DNA of 64,000 bases from Macrostomum lignano (GCA_002269645.1 NIVC01000031.1:806001-870000), one strand, 5' to 3'. Positions 23,875 through 38,760 are shown, counted from the first letter of the stretch. Notes: generated by a model not told the origin, from the sequence alone. A program made the numbers and translations.

Positions 23875-25320
23875 CTGTCTGTCTCAGTGTCTGTCTCAGT
23901 GTCTGTCTCAGTGTCTGTCTTAGTGTCTGTCTCAGTGTCTGTCTCAGTGTCTGTCTTAGTGTCTGTCTCAGTGTCTGTCTCTGTGTCTGTCTCAGTGTCT
24001 GTCGCAGTGTCTGTCTCTGTGTCTGTCTCAGTGTCTGTCTCAGTGTCTGTCTCAGTGTCTGTCTCAGTGTCTGTCTCAGTGTCTGTCTCAGTGTCTGTCT
24101 CAGTGTCTGTCTGAGTGTCTGTCTCAGTGTCTGTCTCAGTGTCTGTCTCTGTGTCTGTCTCAGTGTCTGTCTCAGTGTCTGTCTTAGTGTCTGTCTCTGT
24201 GTCTGTCTCAGTGTCTGTCGCAGTGTCTGTCTCTGTGTCTGTCTCAGTGTCTGTCTTAGTGTCTGTCTCAGTGTCTGTCTTAGTGTCTGTCTCAGTGTCT
24301 GTCTCTGTGTCTGTCTCAGTGTCTGTCTTAGTGTCTGTCTCAGTGTCTGTATTAGTGTCTGTCTCAGTATCTATCTCAGTGTCTGTCTCAGTGTCTGTCT
24401 CAGTGTCTGTCTCAGTGTCTGTCTCAGTGTCTGTCTCAGTGTCTGTCTCAGTGTCTGTCTCTGTGTCTGTCTCAGTGTCTGTCTCAGTGTCTGTCTTAGT
24501 GTCTGTCTCAGTGTCTGTCTCAGTGTCTGTCGCAGTGTCTGTCTCTGTGTCTGTCTCAGTGTCTGTCTTAGTGTCTGTCTCAGTGTCTGTCTTAGTGTCT
24601 GTCTCAGTGTCTGTCTCAGTGTCTGTCTCAGTGTCTGTCTTAGTGTCTGTCTCAGTGTCTGTATTAGTGTCTGTCTCAGTATCTATCTCAGTGTCTGTCT
24701 CAGTGTCTGTCTCAGTGTCTGTCTCAGTGTCTGTCTCAGTGTCTGTCTCAGTGTCTGTCTCAGTGTCTGTCTCAGTGTCTGTCTCAGTGTCTGTCTCAGT
24801 GTCTGTCTCAGTGTCTGTCTCAGTGTCTGTCTCTGTGTCTGTCTCAGTGTCTGTCTTAGTGTCTGTCTCTGTGTCTGTCTCAGTGTCTGTCTTAGTGTCT
24901 GTATTAGTGTCTGTCTCAGTATCTATCTCAGTGTCTGTCTCAGTGTCTGTCTCAGTGTCTGTCTCAGTGTCTGTCTCAGTGTCTGTCTCAGTATCTGTCT
25001 CAGTGTCTGTCTCAGTGTCTGTCTCAGTGTCTGTCTCTGTGTCTGTCTCAGTGTCTGTCTTAGTGTCTGTCTCTGTGTCTGTCTCTGTGTCTGTCTTAGT
25101 GTCTGTATTAGTGTCTGTCTCAGTATCTATCTCAGTGTCTGTCTCAGTGTCTGTCTCAGTGTCTGTCTCAGTGTCTGTCTCAGTGTCTGTCTCAGTGTCT
25201 GTCTCAGTGTCTGTCTCAGTGTCTGTCTCTGTGTCTGTCTCAGTGTCTGTCTCAGTGTCTGTCTCAGTGTCTGTCTCTGTGTCTGTCTTAGTGTCTGTCT
25301 CAGTGTCCGTCCTAGTGTCT
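23875..25320. repeat. 12-bp minisatellite (CAGTGTCTGTCT), ~120 copies
   Basis: 4-aa VCLS periodicity. A variant block (GTATTAGT...GTATCTATCT) recurs four times, indicating block duplications. Confidence 0.97.
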
Positions 25321-26206
25321 TAGATCTCTAGCGTAGTGTCAGTCTATCGTAGCGTCTTGCAGTCTATACCTTCCCTTATCCGCCTGTCTGCCTGTCTGCA
25401 ATTAACTGCACCTCCAAGTTGCTCTTTCTGCTATCAGTAAATTTTTATTTGCTAACAAATCGCGAGTTTCCTGGGCCATAAAAATGTCGGCCAATTCTGT
25501 CCGATAAAGCTGAGTTAGTTTTCCGGTAGCAACATTGGGGATTGGGGATTAAGAAACAACTCCCATGTAGATGCTACTCCATTCTCAACTGGAACTGCCA
25601 ATGTTATCTGAACTTGTCCAGATCCAAGCCCTGGGTAGTCGGGCACGGAGGCAATACTATACTACCACTTAGCCTACTAGCCTTATCGCTATTCGCACTG
25701 CGCTACCAAAGCCAGGGACTCCTGAAGCCAAAACCTGGAATAGCAGGTTTATTAATAATAATGATTGCAGGATGTCAGTCAGCACCTTGGTGCAACACCA
25801 CACAAGAGCGCTAATACTGTATTCATGAACGCACTCATACATGTACACACGCTCACACAGGGTTTACAGCTGCCCCGACTTTTTAATCGTGAGGCATGTA
25901 TAAGCTGGTTCCGATAGTTTTTAATATTCACTTTTGATCCGATTAGTGAATTCAGTTTCTAGTTAAAGGGTTCTTGTTGACCAATTCCAATTTAATTAAC
26001 AGATCCCCAAGCCGAAGGGTCACATTGTGGCTTCTTGTCATTGCAAATTAAACACCGGCCTATTTCAAGAGCTACCAAAACTTCCTCAGTTTGGTTGGCG
26101 CCATACGAATAATCATGCATACGTACAAGCGCTTTAAAAAATGTCAAATTGATAAAAAAACATTACTTGTTATCTCGTACCTGCGTGTCCGCAATGTGTC
26201 TGGGGG

Positions 26207-27160
26207 CACTTTCTCCAACTGGAAACTTTACCAACTGGACACTTGACTTTACCAACTGGACACTTGAATTCACCAACTGGACACTTTACCAACTGGACAC
26301 TTTACCAACTGGACACTACCAACTGGACACTTGACTTTACCAACTGGACACTTTACCAACTAGACACTTTACCAACTAGACACTTTACCAACTAGACATT
26401 TTACCAACTGGACACTTTACCAACTGGACACTTTACCAACTGGACACTTTACCAACTGGACACTTTACCAACTGGACACTTTACCAACTGGACACTTTAC
26501 CAACTGGACACTTTACCAACTGGACACTTGACTTTACCAACTAGACACTTTACCAACTAGACACTTTACCAACTAGACACTTTACCAACTGGACACTTTA
26601 CCAACTGGACACTTTACCAACTGGACACTTTTCCAACTGGACACTTTACCAACTGGACACTTTACCAACTGGACACTTTACCAACTGGACACTTTACCAA
26701 CTGGACACTTTACCAACTGGACACTTTACCAATTGGACACTATACCAACTGGACACTTTACCAACTGGACACTTTACCAACTGGACACTTTACCAACTGG
26801 ACACTTTACCAACTGGACACTTTACCAATTGGACACTATACCAACTGGACACTTTACCAACTGGACACTTTACCAACTGGACACTTTACCAACTGGACAC
26901 TTTACCAACTGGACACTTTACCAACTGGACACTTTACCAACTGGACACTTTACCAACTGGACACTTTACCAACTGGACACTTTACCAACTGGACACTTTA
27001 CCAACTGGACACTTTACCAACTGGACACTTTACCAACTGGACACTTTACCAACTGGACACTTTACCAACTGGACACTTTACCAACTGGACACTTTACCAA
27101 CTGGACACTTTACCAACTGGACACTTTACCAACTGGACACTTTACCAACTGGACACTTTC
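26207..27160. repeat. 16-bp minisatellite (CACTTTACCAACTGGA), ~58 copies
   Basis: Direct inspection; highly homogeneous. Confidence 0.97.
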
Positions 27161-27825
27161 TCAACAGCTCTAGTTTGCAGTGATCTCAATTAGCAAAGTT
27201 TCTAGTTTGTAAGGAAAACTTATATCTGAATAACCAGAATACAGCTCAGTAACAAAGAGTAGCCAGCTACTTGACTTCTTTTCTGTTTGCATATTGCAAC
27301 AATGATACTTAATTGTTTTTTATATTCTGTTCTGTCTTCCACTTCACCATAAATTCCTTTCTTCTCCTGTCACCATAATGAACAAAGACCTAGGAGCGGA
27401 CTCAAAGCTTTCCACGCGGCAATAATTTTAAGTTCAAGACGAACCCTTGCTACCAGTCTGCTTTTTAATTCCATTTGAAAATTTCTAATAAAGCTACCGA
27501 AGAAGCCAAGCCAAGCCCAGAAGAGGCAAAGAGTTAAAAAAACCCGCATGCAGCGCAAGGAAGCTAAGAAATGCCACATGGGGTCAGTCAAGGACCCAAT
27601 GAGTCAACTAGCAAGAGACACTCTGACTTAGCCCCAACCCCAACCAGTGTGCTTGCCGCGCTGCCAAAACAAAGAACGAAATAAAGATGGGGGGCACTTG
27701 CAACCTTGAAATAGTACCTTCAGCCAATAGTAGGTGTTTTTAGTTACTTCAATTCGTAGAAATTATATAATTGAATTTTTTCGGTAGTCTGTGGTTTTTT
27801 ACCCTTGGACAAATGCAAATTGCCA

Positions 27826-28030
<205 letters not shown>

Positions 28031-28964
28031 AGCCAGGCACACACTGAAGACAGGAGTTTTCAATGTTTTAAATATTTTATGCATTGATTTTTCATTTTTC
28101 CCTACAAGTCTCGTAGGCTCAGATGCTCAGCCCCTATAGTGTATAATTATTAGGTACCCAGAATGCACGGAGCAGCTCAGGACAAAGACTGCATGCCTAC
28201 TGGATGCGGTCTGTCTGCAAATGCGACCTGGAAATGACGAACGACACCCACTCAAAGAGTGAATTTTTAATTTCAATCCAACCAGGCGCGAGAAGTGAGA
28301 AATTAGGCGACAACGAAAAAAGTATTTATTGCTGAATGATTTATGACTGTCCCTGACTCCCTGCCTGGCTCTCTCTAATTTAATTTTACCTGGCGGTATA
28401 TACGAGGCGGAGGGTGCTATACTGCGCAGACTTACTGTAGTGTTAAATATTCTACCGTTGAAATTACTTTGGGCCAATGAGAGTGACTCAGCACTGAGCT
28501 TAGGCCCTTCATCTTTTGGCTCTCTCTCTCTCTCTCTCTCTCAAAAATTTACCTGGGAGGCAAATGAGATGCAACAAAAACACCCACAACAACAAGGCCA
28601 AGTATGGGAGAAACACACACTTTTCCCTGCATACTGAATCCTAGGCCCCCATATCGCTAGCTAGTGAGCAGGGATATTCGGGCGCGGTGACTCACCCATC
28701 AACAACTGAAGCCCGTGTTTTAACCTTAAAAAGAGACAGCATTGGCATCAAAGCAAGTAGAAGCCTTGATGTTGAATCTGGCAATAAGCAAGTCTCAAAG
28801 ACTGCGGGCCCTTCTAACATTGCTTGTTCATTAATTAGTTAGTCTTTAGTCTCCCTTCTTTCAGTTACCAATCCGTGTGATTCATTCATGGGAAATTTGT
28901 TTGAAAGGTCGAGTGGCTGAACTGGGAAGGGGGTACAAGGAGAGAAGAAGAAAAGAGAAGGCAG

Positions 28965-29340
28965 GGTGAGAGAGGAGGGAGTGTGAGAGAGGAGGGAGTG
29001 TGAGAGGAGGGAGTGTGAGAGAGGAGGGAGTGTGAGAGGAGGGAGTGTGAGAGAGGAGGGAGTGTGAGAGGAGGGAGTGTGAGAGGAGGGAGTGTGAGAG
29101 ACGATGGAGTGTGAGAGAGGAGGGTAAGAGAGGAGGGTGAGAGAGGAAGGGTGAGAGAGGAGGGTGAGAGAGGAGGGAGGGTGAGAGAGGAGGGTGAGAG
29201 AGGAGGGAGGGTGAGAAATGAGGGTGAGAAAGGAGGGTGAGAGAGGAGGGTGAGAGAGGAGGAGGGTGAGAAAGAAGGGGGATGAGAGAGAAGGGAGGAT
29301 GAGGGAGGAGGAGGGTGAGAGAGGACTAGGGTGAGAGAGG
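28965..29340. repeat. GA-rich repeat (GAGAGGAGGGAGTGT / GAGAGGAGGGT)
   Basis: Direct inspection. Confidence 0.9.
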
Positions 29341-31014
29341 AGGTTCATCCTACAGCATTTTCAGTGGGATGGATATTGAGAAAAGACCGGCTATTCAAAT
29401 GTGTGCACAGTACGCAGTAGAGAGAGTTCTGTCTAACCAATTCTGCCACAGCTTAATCATTAGTTAGCGCTCATAAATCATCATGTTTTGTTACATAAAA
29501 AGCCTGACCAATTTCACAGAACTAAGGATAATTGGGAGTGAGGAACCCTGTTGAAAAAGAGGGTCGACCTGCAATTATTCTGTTTGAGTTTTACAAGCGT
29601 ATATATGGAGCCACGCCCTTGACGTAGTTGTGTAATCAGCTCACACAAGTGGTTAGAGAGCTTGAACGAGTGTGTGTGTGTGGGCGCTCTTAGTTCAATT
29701 AATATTTTGGAGAACAATGAACAAGTTGGCGTGTGTCCCTCTGAAGGTGCCTCCGTCCACTATCTGGTTGAGCATGTAGAGTGGGTTAAAATAGCCTTGA
29801 AAAAATCGACCATTATTTAAAGGAGTGGAACCTGTGTGAGTCATTCGATAACGCTTTTCATTACGGAATTATTTTTTTGTTTGAGTCAAGAATTGATTTG
29901 ATGTTACACTGTGATATCTCAGTTGATCAGGTGTGCTCCGCCATAGCGACTCTCTGGGGGGATTATCAAGAATGAGGGTTTCAATATTCTATACGGTTCG
30001 ATATATCCCTCTGAGGCCTGTCTTAAAGATGGACAGGTAAAGAACGACGACTGATTATGGTATCCTATTTCTTGGAAATAGTTAATCCCCTATTTGTTAA
30101 TCCTGTTGTCTATTTCCACTCATCGGATTTTGCCGCATGCTCATCCAGTTTCTTGTCAGTTTTTACTTGAGAGAGGAAAATCGATCACCTATGAGAGTCA
30201 GGATCATTAGCAGGTGGGGGATTAAAGGATTTGGGGTTTTGGGTGTATCATTACTTGTACCTATCTCTTTACCTACCTGATGAGTCCTTATTGAGTTTCA
30301 TTTCAACTGTGACTCAGCCGCGTTCCCATCTTTCCTGCCTCTTATTTAGCAAAAAATCACCATACTCCATATCCTCACGTCCCATTCCACCCGAAATTCC
30401 TCTATACAAGTCTAAAAAAAGCTTGCCAGCATTTTTAAAAGCCCATTTCCCCATTGCGCTGTAATTATGCCTTTGCTTTCTCATACCGACAGTATGGGAA
30501 ACCCATTGTTTCGAGCTAGTTGCTAGGGGGGGGGGGGGTACAGAGATTCAGAAGATAGGATTATCACTTTTTTTCTCGTTTTCCTTTTGTGTCACTAATA
30601 GCAGGCAGCTTATTGCTAGGCCTTGACAACAAAAGAATAATGACTGTATTATAAATAAGGAACAAGCTTAAAATGTTGGACCATATATCGGCTTATTAAT
30701 ATCGGCGGATACAATTATCTGTTGATTAATCATTTCGGTTGATAGTCCAGTTCGCCACTCCAGAGGTCCTGCAATCGACCGACGGAGCGAAAGGGTTAAA
30801 AATCTTGTCTTTGACTCTTAGAGAGGCAGATTAAACGAAGTCTAGCAAACATCGTGACAGATGACGGTGTGGGGTGGGGTCCGTTGGCACAAGGTCTGGG
30901 CCTCTGGGGTTCGACCAAGGAGAGCTAGTGAGAATTCTTGGCATCGACAATTTCCGTTAAACAATCACAGTTTTCACCAATTCACCAAGTTTTCCATACC
31001 AAAAGACAGGGGGT

Positions 31015-31522
31015 GGCCCGCCAAGAGACAGGGGCGCCCAGAGACAGGGGCGCCCACCAAGAGACAGGGGCGCCCACCAAGAGACAGGAGTGCCCAGTAA
31101 GAGACAGGGGTGCCCACTAAGAGACAGGGGCGCCCACCAAGAGACAGGGGCGCCCACCAAGAGACAGGGGCGCCCACCAAGAGACAGGGGTGCCCAGTAA
31201 GAGACAGGGGCGCCCACCAAGAGACAGGGGCGCCCACCAAGAGACAGGGGCGCCCACCAAGAGACAGGGGTGCCCAGTAAGAGACAGGGGCGCCCACCAA
31301 GAGACAGGGGCGCCCACCAAGAGACAGGAGTGCCCAGTAAGAGACAGGGGTGCCCACTAAGAGACAGGGGCGCCCACCAAGAGACAGGGGCGCCCACCAA
31401 GAGACAGGGGCGCCCACCAAGAGACAGGGGTGCCCAGTAAGAGACAGGGGCGCCCACCAAGAGACAGGGGCGCCCACCAAGAGACAGGGGTGCCCACCAA
31501 GAGACAGGGGTGCCCAGTAAGA
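31015..31522. repeat. 20-bp minisatellite (AAGAGACAGGGGCGCCCACC) with a 240-bp higher-order duplication
   Basis: Lines 31081-31200 are identical to 31321-31440. Confidence 0.96.
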
Positions 31523-32183
31523 GGCAGCCCCCCAGCCCCCTCTAGGCCACAAGACCGAATTAATTACTGGATAGTATACAAAACCAGTGTTTAGAGATAG
31601 ATTTGTCACTCCAGACCCTGCTTTCTAGGTCTCCATGGTACACTGGTTCTTGACTCGGGAAGTGGGGTGGGTTAAGTAAGTTACTCGTAGAATGAAAGAC
31701 TTGCACCACTGCAGGCTTGACAAGGAAGTCCACTTTTCTTTGTTGGCTTGTTACGGCTGCTGGCCCTCATCTGTCCCTTCCCGCCAAAACCGTTGCACTG
31801 ATGCACTGTATCAGCCCTGATATACCTGTATACCTAAATATATTTAAGTGGATATGATTGATATATATAAATAGGTACCAAAGCATATAGTTTAAAGATA
31901 AACAAAAACCACTATTATAATATTTATACTACATAAGTTATTTAAGATTTATGATTATTATTGTATTTAACATTTGCCTACCAAAGCGCTGTTAATCTGT
32001 AATTTCTATTATAGTTTCATTCCTTGACCACGCCTTTAAACTAAAAAGTTATGCATGGGTGGTCGGTGCTGGTGGGACTTTAATGGTAGCAGTCTCTTAA
32101 CGGTCTCCCAGTTGTCTTTTAACGGTCAACTGGGTGGTACCAGCTACTGGAGAGAGGTTATAAAATATAGGGTACACAGTTGC

Positions 32184-32188
32184 CAATC

Positions 32189-32264
<76 letters not shown>

Positions 32265-33720
32265 TAGTCGGTGGGAGAGGGTAGACAGCCTAAAATAAAA
32301 AATACAATCTAGGAGACACGGTAGACAATCTAGGAGACACGGTAGACAATCTAGGAGACACGGTAGACAATCTAGGAGACACGGTAGGCAATCTAGGAGA
32401 CACGGTAGACAATCTAGGAGACACGGTAGACAATCTAGGAGACACGGTAGACAATATAGGAGACACGGTAGACAATCTAGGAGACACGGTAGACAATCTA
32501 GGAGACACGGTAGGCAATCTAGGAGACACGGTAGACAATCTAGGAGACACGGTAGACAATCTAGGAGACACGGTAGACAATATAGGAGACACGGTAGACA
32601 ATATAGGAGACACGGTAGACAATATAGGAGACACGGTAGACAATATAGGAGACACGGTAGACAATCTAGGAGACACGGTAGACAATCTAGGAGAGAGAGT
32701 AGGCAGCCCGAGGGAGAGGGGTAGACAATCGATGAGAGGGTAGACGATTTAAGAGATGGTAGACAATTTAGGAGAGATGGTAGACAATTTAGGAGAGATG
32801 GTAGACAATTTTGGTAGACAATCGAGGAAAGAAGTAGACAGTCTAGTAGAGAGTAGACAATCTAGGAGACACGGTAGACAATCTAGGAGACACAGTAGAC
32901 AATCTAGGAGACACGGTAGACAATCTAAGAGACACGGTAGACAATATAGGAGACACGGTAGACAATCTAGGAGACACGGTAGACAATCTAGGAGAGAGAG
33001 TAGGCAGCTCGAGGGAGAGGGGTAGACAATCGATGAGAGGGTAGACGATTTAAGAGATGGTAGACAATTTAGGAGAGATGGTAGACAATTTTGGTAAACA
33101 ATCGAGGAAAGAAGTAGACAGTCTAGTAGAGAGTAGACAATCTAGGAGATAGTAGACAGTCTAAGAGAGAGTAGACAATCTAGGAGAGAGTAGACAGTCT
33201 AGTAGAGAGTAGACAGTCTAGTAGAGAGTAGATAGTCTAGGACAGAGTAGACAGTCTAGGAGAGAGTAGACAATCTAGTAGAGAGTAGACAGTCTAGGAG
33301 AGAGTAGACAGTCTAGGAGAGAGGTCAGACAATCTAGGATAGAGGTCAGACAATCTAGGAGAGAGGTCAGACAATCTAGGAGAGATGTCAGACAATCTAG
33401 GAGAGAGGTCAGACAATCTAGGAGAGAGGTCAGACAATCTAGGAGAGAGGTCAGACAATATAGGAGAGAGGTCAGACAATCTAGGAGAGAGGTCAGACAA
33501 TCTAGGAGAGAGGTCAGACAATCTAGGAGAGAGGTCAGACAATCTAGGATAGAGGTCAGACAGTCTAGGAGAGAGGTCAGACAATCTAGGAGAGAGGTCA
33601 GACAATCTAGGATAGAGGTCAGACAGTCTAGGAGAGAGGTCAGACAATCTAGGAGAGAGGTCAGACAATCTAGGATAGAGGTCAGACAGTCTAGGAGAGA
33701 GGTCAGACAATCTAGGAGAG
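32184..33720. repeat. (GA)n followed by a 21-bp minisatellite grading from GTAGACAATCTAGGAGACACG to GTCAGACAATCTAGGAGAGAG
   Basis: 7-aa periodic spurious ORFs. The ~32690-32860 block is duplicated at ~32995-33140. Confidence 0.95.
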
Positions 33721-34312
33721 AGATTAAACATCAGCTGCTTTGCGAGACTGAAATCCTCGCCGCAAAAGGTTCCTCAATGCGTCACCAAGCGCGTAACCCG
33801 CAAAGTTCTAACGGAAATTTCACAGGCATAGGATTAGAAAACACAGCACTGCTAAGGGAATTCTGCATGTTAGAAGTCGCCCTATGCTCCCCTGTCCATG
33901 CGCGAGGTCCGGCAAAGTCGCAGGGAGGGGGACAGCTGCTTTCCCTTGAGTTACAGGCGTCATGTGGCGGCCTCTGCCGATTTGTTTCCGAGAAACTCCC
34001 GGCTCTTGTTTTGTTTTAGTCGGCAAACATAGCCCGACTGCTTCTGTGGGGCGATGCTTGGTCACTGGAATGAGGGACTGCTGGACTTCAGTTATTTGCA
34101 TGGCGATAACTCTCTCTTTCGCTATCTTTTATTTTGAAACTTTTAGCAACTGTTGCTTGCTATTTTCTTCTGGAGGGGATATTTTTGTGGGAAATAATTC
34201 TTTTGCTAGAAGATCTGAACTGGTCCGTTTTTGGGCGATATTTTTCTTATAAAAATACACAGCAGATGGCTGAATCAAATGTGTGTACAGTGCAGCAAGA
34301 ACGACCGGAACT

Positions 34313-34665
34313 CTAAACAGCGCCTAAACAGATGGATAAACATTTATTTAAACAGCTACTAAACACATGCTAAACAGTCCTCTAAACAGTTCATAAACTG
34401 TCTCTAAACAGACCCTATACAGTCCCTAAAAATTTCCTTAAACACCTCCCTAAACAGTTCATAAACAGCTTTCTAAACAGTCCATAAACAGCTTCCTAAA
34501 CAGTCCATAAACAGCCTCCTAAACAGTCCATAAACAGCTTCCTAAACAGTCCATAAACAGCCTCCTAAAACAGTCCCTAAACCTTCTCTAAACAGGTGCA
34601 TAAACAGCTCACTAAACAGTCCCCTAAACAGACATCAAGACAGGTCCCCAAATATCCGTCTCTAA
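34313..34665. repeat. Degenerate TAAACAG-based repeat upstream of APCDD1 exon 2
   Basis: About 25 TAAAC(A/T)G-type motifs at 10-13-bp spacing. Confidence 0.8.
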
Positions 34666-34783
34666 ACAATTCTCAAGTCTCTTAAGCAGCCAGACCTCTC
34701 AGCAGCCCGATCAAAACCAAAAATAGAATAAAGACCTTAACAATCGTAAATCTACCAACCCCACCCCATCTTTGCACTTTCAG

Positions 34784-35012
34784 CTGCGAAATCCGTCCGG
34801 GACCCGAGTACATAGTGCGCAAATACCACTTCATCAATGACACGTACTTCAGAGCTACCCAGTTCTACTATCTCGACAGCTCGTGCACCAGCCCGTTCTA
34901 TGGCCTGGAGGCCAGCGGTGTTGTTAAGCTGGACAAGAACAGGGTCAACTCCGGCATGTTGCCATGGGAACAGAACAACTACGAACTGTTCATGTCGCCA
35001 CTGCTGTATCAG
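34784..35012 (+). CDS. APCDD1: APCDD1-like, exon 2
   Basis: TTTCAG acceptor. (S)CEIRPGPEYIVRKYHF...FRATQFYYLDSSCTSPFY matches human CEVRSGPEFITRSYRF...FKAYQFYYGSNRCTNPTY. GTATGT donor. Confidence 0.93.
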
Positions 35013-35119
35013 GTATGTCAAAGAGTTCGTTGTGCACTTGGCGTATTGGTCAGATTTCCGTTAATTCTGGAGAAAGTCCTGACATTTTTTATTCAGAGAG
35101 TATCTGACACTTTGGTATA

Positions 35120-35885
35120 GACACTTCTGACACCTCATCTAGACACTACTGATACCTCCTTATCTAGACACTCCTGATACCCTCATCTGGACACTCCTGA
35201 CATTCTCATCTAGAAGCTCTTGACACTCATCTAGATAGCCCTTACACCCTCATCTAGACACTCCTGACACCTCATCTAGACACTGCTGATACCTTATCTA
35301 GACACTCCTGACACCATAATCTAGACACCCCTGATACTCTCATCTACACTCCTGACACCCACATCTAGACACTCATGATACCCTTATCTAGACACTCCTG
35401 ACATTCTTATCTAGAAGCTCTTGACACTCTCATCTAAATAGCCCTAACACCCTCATCTAGACATTCCTGACACTCTCATCTAGACACCCCTGATACCTTA
35501 TCTAGACACTCCTGACACCATAATCTAGACACTCCTGACACCATAATCTAGACACTCCTGAGACCCTCATCTAGACACTCCTGACACCATAATCTAGACA
35601 CTCCTGACACCATAATCTAGACACTCCTGACACCATAATCTAGACACTCCTGACACCATAATCTAGACACTCCTGACACCATAATCTAGACACTCCTGAC
35701 ACCATAATCTAGACACTCCTGACACCATAATCTAGACACTCCTGACACCATAATCTAGACACTCCTGACACCATAATCTAGACACTCCTGACACCATAAT
35801 CTAGACACTCCTGACACCATAATCTAGACACTCCTGACACCATAATCTAGACACTCCTGACACCATAATCTAGACACTCCTGACA
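35120..35885. repeat. 23-bp minisatellite (CTAGACACTCCTGACACCATAAT), APCDD1 intron 2
   Basis: Degenerate 5' part, homogeneous 3' part. Confidence 0.95.
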
Positions 35886-36319
35886 TCTCCATCCCAGAGA
35901 CTCCCAATATTCAATCCGTGACATTTCCTACGCCCTATCTCACAATTCTGACATTATGAAACTGGTCAGAGAGAAAAATGTTCTCAGCACAAAACTGGCA
36001 AAATTCACACTTAGTCACACTGTAGGTCTGAGCCAGTTCTCAAATCACAGCGGGTGCAGTTTCAGAGGCTGAGTATGAGCTGCCAGGGGGTTAGTATCTA
36101 ATAATTAAACTCTCCCCTGGGGGCATTCAGTGGTAAGCCCTCAGAATTAATTGTTCAATTAATAAATATTTAACTAACAAGCGGGCCCAAGTGGACAATG
36201 AACTGTCTCTAAACCTCATTATCTTTGCAACTCATTCTCTTTGTCGCTTGAAGTGTGATTGGAGATTATCCACTACTCTACTTTAGTTTCAAACTCTTTA
36301 CACTCTCTGTCTGTCACTA

Positions 36320-37095
36320 ACACCCTCTCTCAGTATCTCACACCTCTCAGTATCTCACACCTCTCAGTATCTCACACCCTCTCTCAGTGTCTGACACCCT
36401 CTCTCAGTGTCTCACACGCTCTCTCAGTGTCTCACACCCTCTCTTAGTGTGTCACACCCTCTCTTAGTGTCTCACACCCTCTCTTAGTGTCTCACACCCT
36501 CTCTTCGTGTCTCACACCCTCTCTTAGTGTCTCACACCCTCTCTTCGTGTCTCACACCCTCTCTCAATCTCTCTCAGTGTCTCACACCTTCTCTTAGTAT
36601 CTCAAATCCTCTCTCAGTGTCTCACACCCTCTCTCAGTGTCTCACACCCTCTCTTCGTGTCTCACACCCTCTCTCAATCTCTCTCAGTGTCTCACACCTT
36701 CTCTTAGTATCTCAAATCCTCTCTCAGTGTCTCACACCCTCTCTCAGTGTCTCACACCCTCTCTTCGTGTCTCACACCCTCTCTCTCCGTGTCTCACACC
36801 CTCTCTCAATCTCTCTCAGTGTCTCACACCTTCTCTTAGTAGCTCAAACCCTCTCTCAGTGTCTCACACCCTCTCTCAGTATCTCAGTATCTCACACCCT
36901 CTCTCAATCCCTTTCAGTGTCTCACACCTTCTCTTAGTATCTCAAATCCTCTCTCAGTGTCTCACACCCTCTCTCAGTGTCTCACACCCTCTCTCAGTGT
37001 CTCACACCCTCTCAGTGTCTCACAACCCTCTCTCAGTCTCTGACACCCTCTCAGTGTCTCACACCCTCTATCAGTGTCTCACACTATCTCTCAGC
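36320..37095. repeat. ~20-bp CT/CA-rich minisatellite (CTCAGTGTCTCACACCCTCT)
   Basis: Direct inspection. Confidence 0.93.
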
Positions 37096-37564
37096 CTCAG
37101 TAATCTCTTACAAAAGCACAATAATCTGTCCCATCCCTCTGCCTTGAAATTCTTGATACAAAGCCAGCGATGGACAATTTACATTGTCGGATAAATGATT
37201 GGAATCATCAATCTGAATGAGTCTCTTCTATCTGAACCAGCCTTAGCTAAATTTATACGGGCTATGCTGACACCCTGATTGAGATGAATATCTGTAGTCA
37301 AGACTTGAACAGAATCTGTGTGAGCGCAATTCCGACACAGCAGTAGTTGTCCTATATATAACTCTGACTCTGACAACCCGATGAGAACGATGAGAATTGA
37401 TGATCAACATCAAACTTGCCAATACAGTATAGATAGAGCGGCTGAATCCATAATTAATGTCGTTTCCGTCTTGATGCTGCCCATTGGCTCGATCTCACTT
37501 GTTTATTTATTCATTTGCGAGTTCTGTGATACCGTCTGACACTTATTTTAATATTTTGGAGAAT

Positions 37565-38760
37565 TTCTGCGCTCAATTTAGGCGCTTTTTTACTCTAATT
37601 TTTGGCGCTCTTTGTCACTAAATTTAGGTGCAAATTGACACTCAATTTAGGCGCTTTTTTACTCTAAATTTTGGCGCTTTTTGACACCTAATTTAGGCGC
37701 TTTTTGACACTCAATTTTGGCGCTTTTTTGACACTCAATTTAGGCGCTTTTTTACTCTAAATTTTGGCGCCAATTGACACCTAATTTAGGCGCTTTTTGA
37801 CACTCAATTTAGGCGCTTTTTTACTCTAAATTTTGGCGCTTTTTGACACCTAATTTAGGCGCTTTTTGACACTCAATTTTGGCGCTTTTTTGACACTCAA
37901 TTTAGGCGCTTTTTTACTCTAAATTTTGGCGCCAATTGACACCTAATTTAGGCGCTTTTTGACACCCAATTTAGGCGCTTTTTTGACACTCAGTTTAGGC
38001 GCTTTTTTACTCTAAATTTTGGCGCCAATTGACACCTAATTTAGGCGCTTTTTGACACTCAACTTTGGCGCTTTTTGACACTCAATTTAGGCGCTTTTTT
38101 CACACTCAATTTAGGCGCAAATTGACACTCAATTAAGGCGCCAATTGACACTAAATTTAGGCGCTTTTTTGACACCTAATTTAGGCGCTTTTTGACACTC
38201 AATTTTGGCGCTTTTTTGACACCTAATTTAGGCGCTTTTTTACTCTAAATTTTGGCGCTTTTTGACACCTAATTTAGGCGCTTTCTGACACTCAATTTTG
38301 GCGCTTTCTGACACTCAATTTAGGCGCTTTTCTGACACTCAATTTAGGCGCTTTTTGACACTCAATTTTGGCGCTTTCTGACACCCAATTTAGGCGCTTT
38401 TTTGACACTCAATTTAGGCGCAAATTGACACCTAATTTAGGCGCTTTTTGACACTCAATTTAGGCGCTTTCTGACACTCAAATTTGGATTTTTTGACACT
38501 CAATTTAGGCGCTTTTTTGACACTCAATTTAGGCGCAAATTGACACTCAATTTAGGCGCCAATTGACACTTAATTTAGGCGCTTTTTGACACTCAATTTA
38601 GGCGCTTTCTGACACTCAAATTTGGCGTTTTTTGACACTCAATTTAAGCGATTTTTGACACTTATGTAGAAGCTTTTTGACACTTAAATTTAGGCGCCTT
38701 TTGTCATTCGATTTCAGTGTCTTCTGACACAAAATTTTGGCGCCATTTAAGCGCCATTTT
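37565..38760. repeat. 23-24-bp minisatellite (AATTTAGGCGCTTTTTGACACTC), ~50 copies
   Basis: Direct inspection. Its reverse complement resembles the 21155-21625 unit. Confidence 0.95.

Noticed and set aside
23850-25331. 400-500-aa VCLS/SV ORFs, and similar TDRQ/SIYL ORFs at 27744-28139, 48246-49874 and 52547-54178
   Set aside because: Translations of 12-bp, GACA and GATA repeats.
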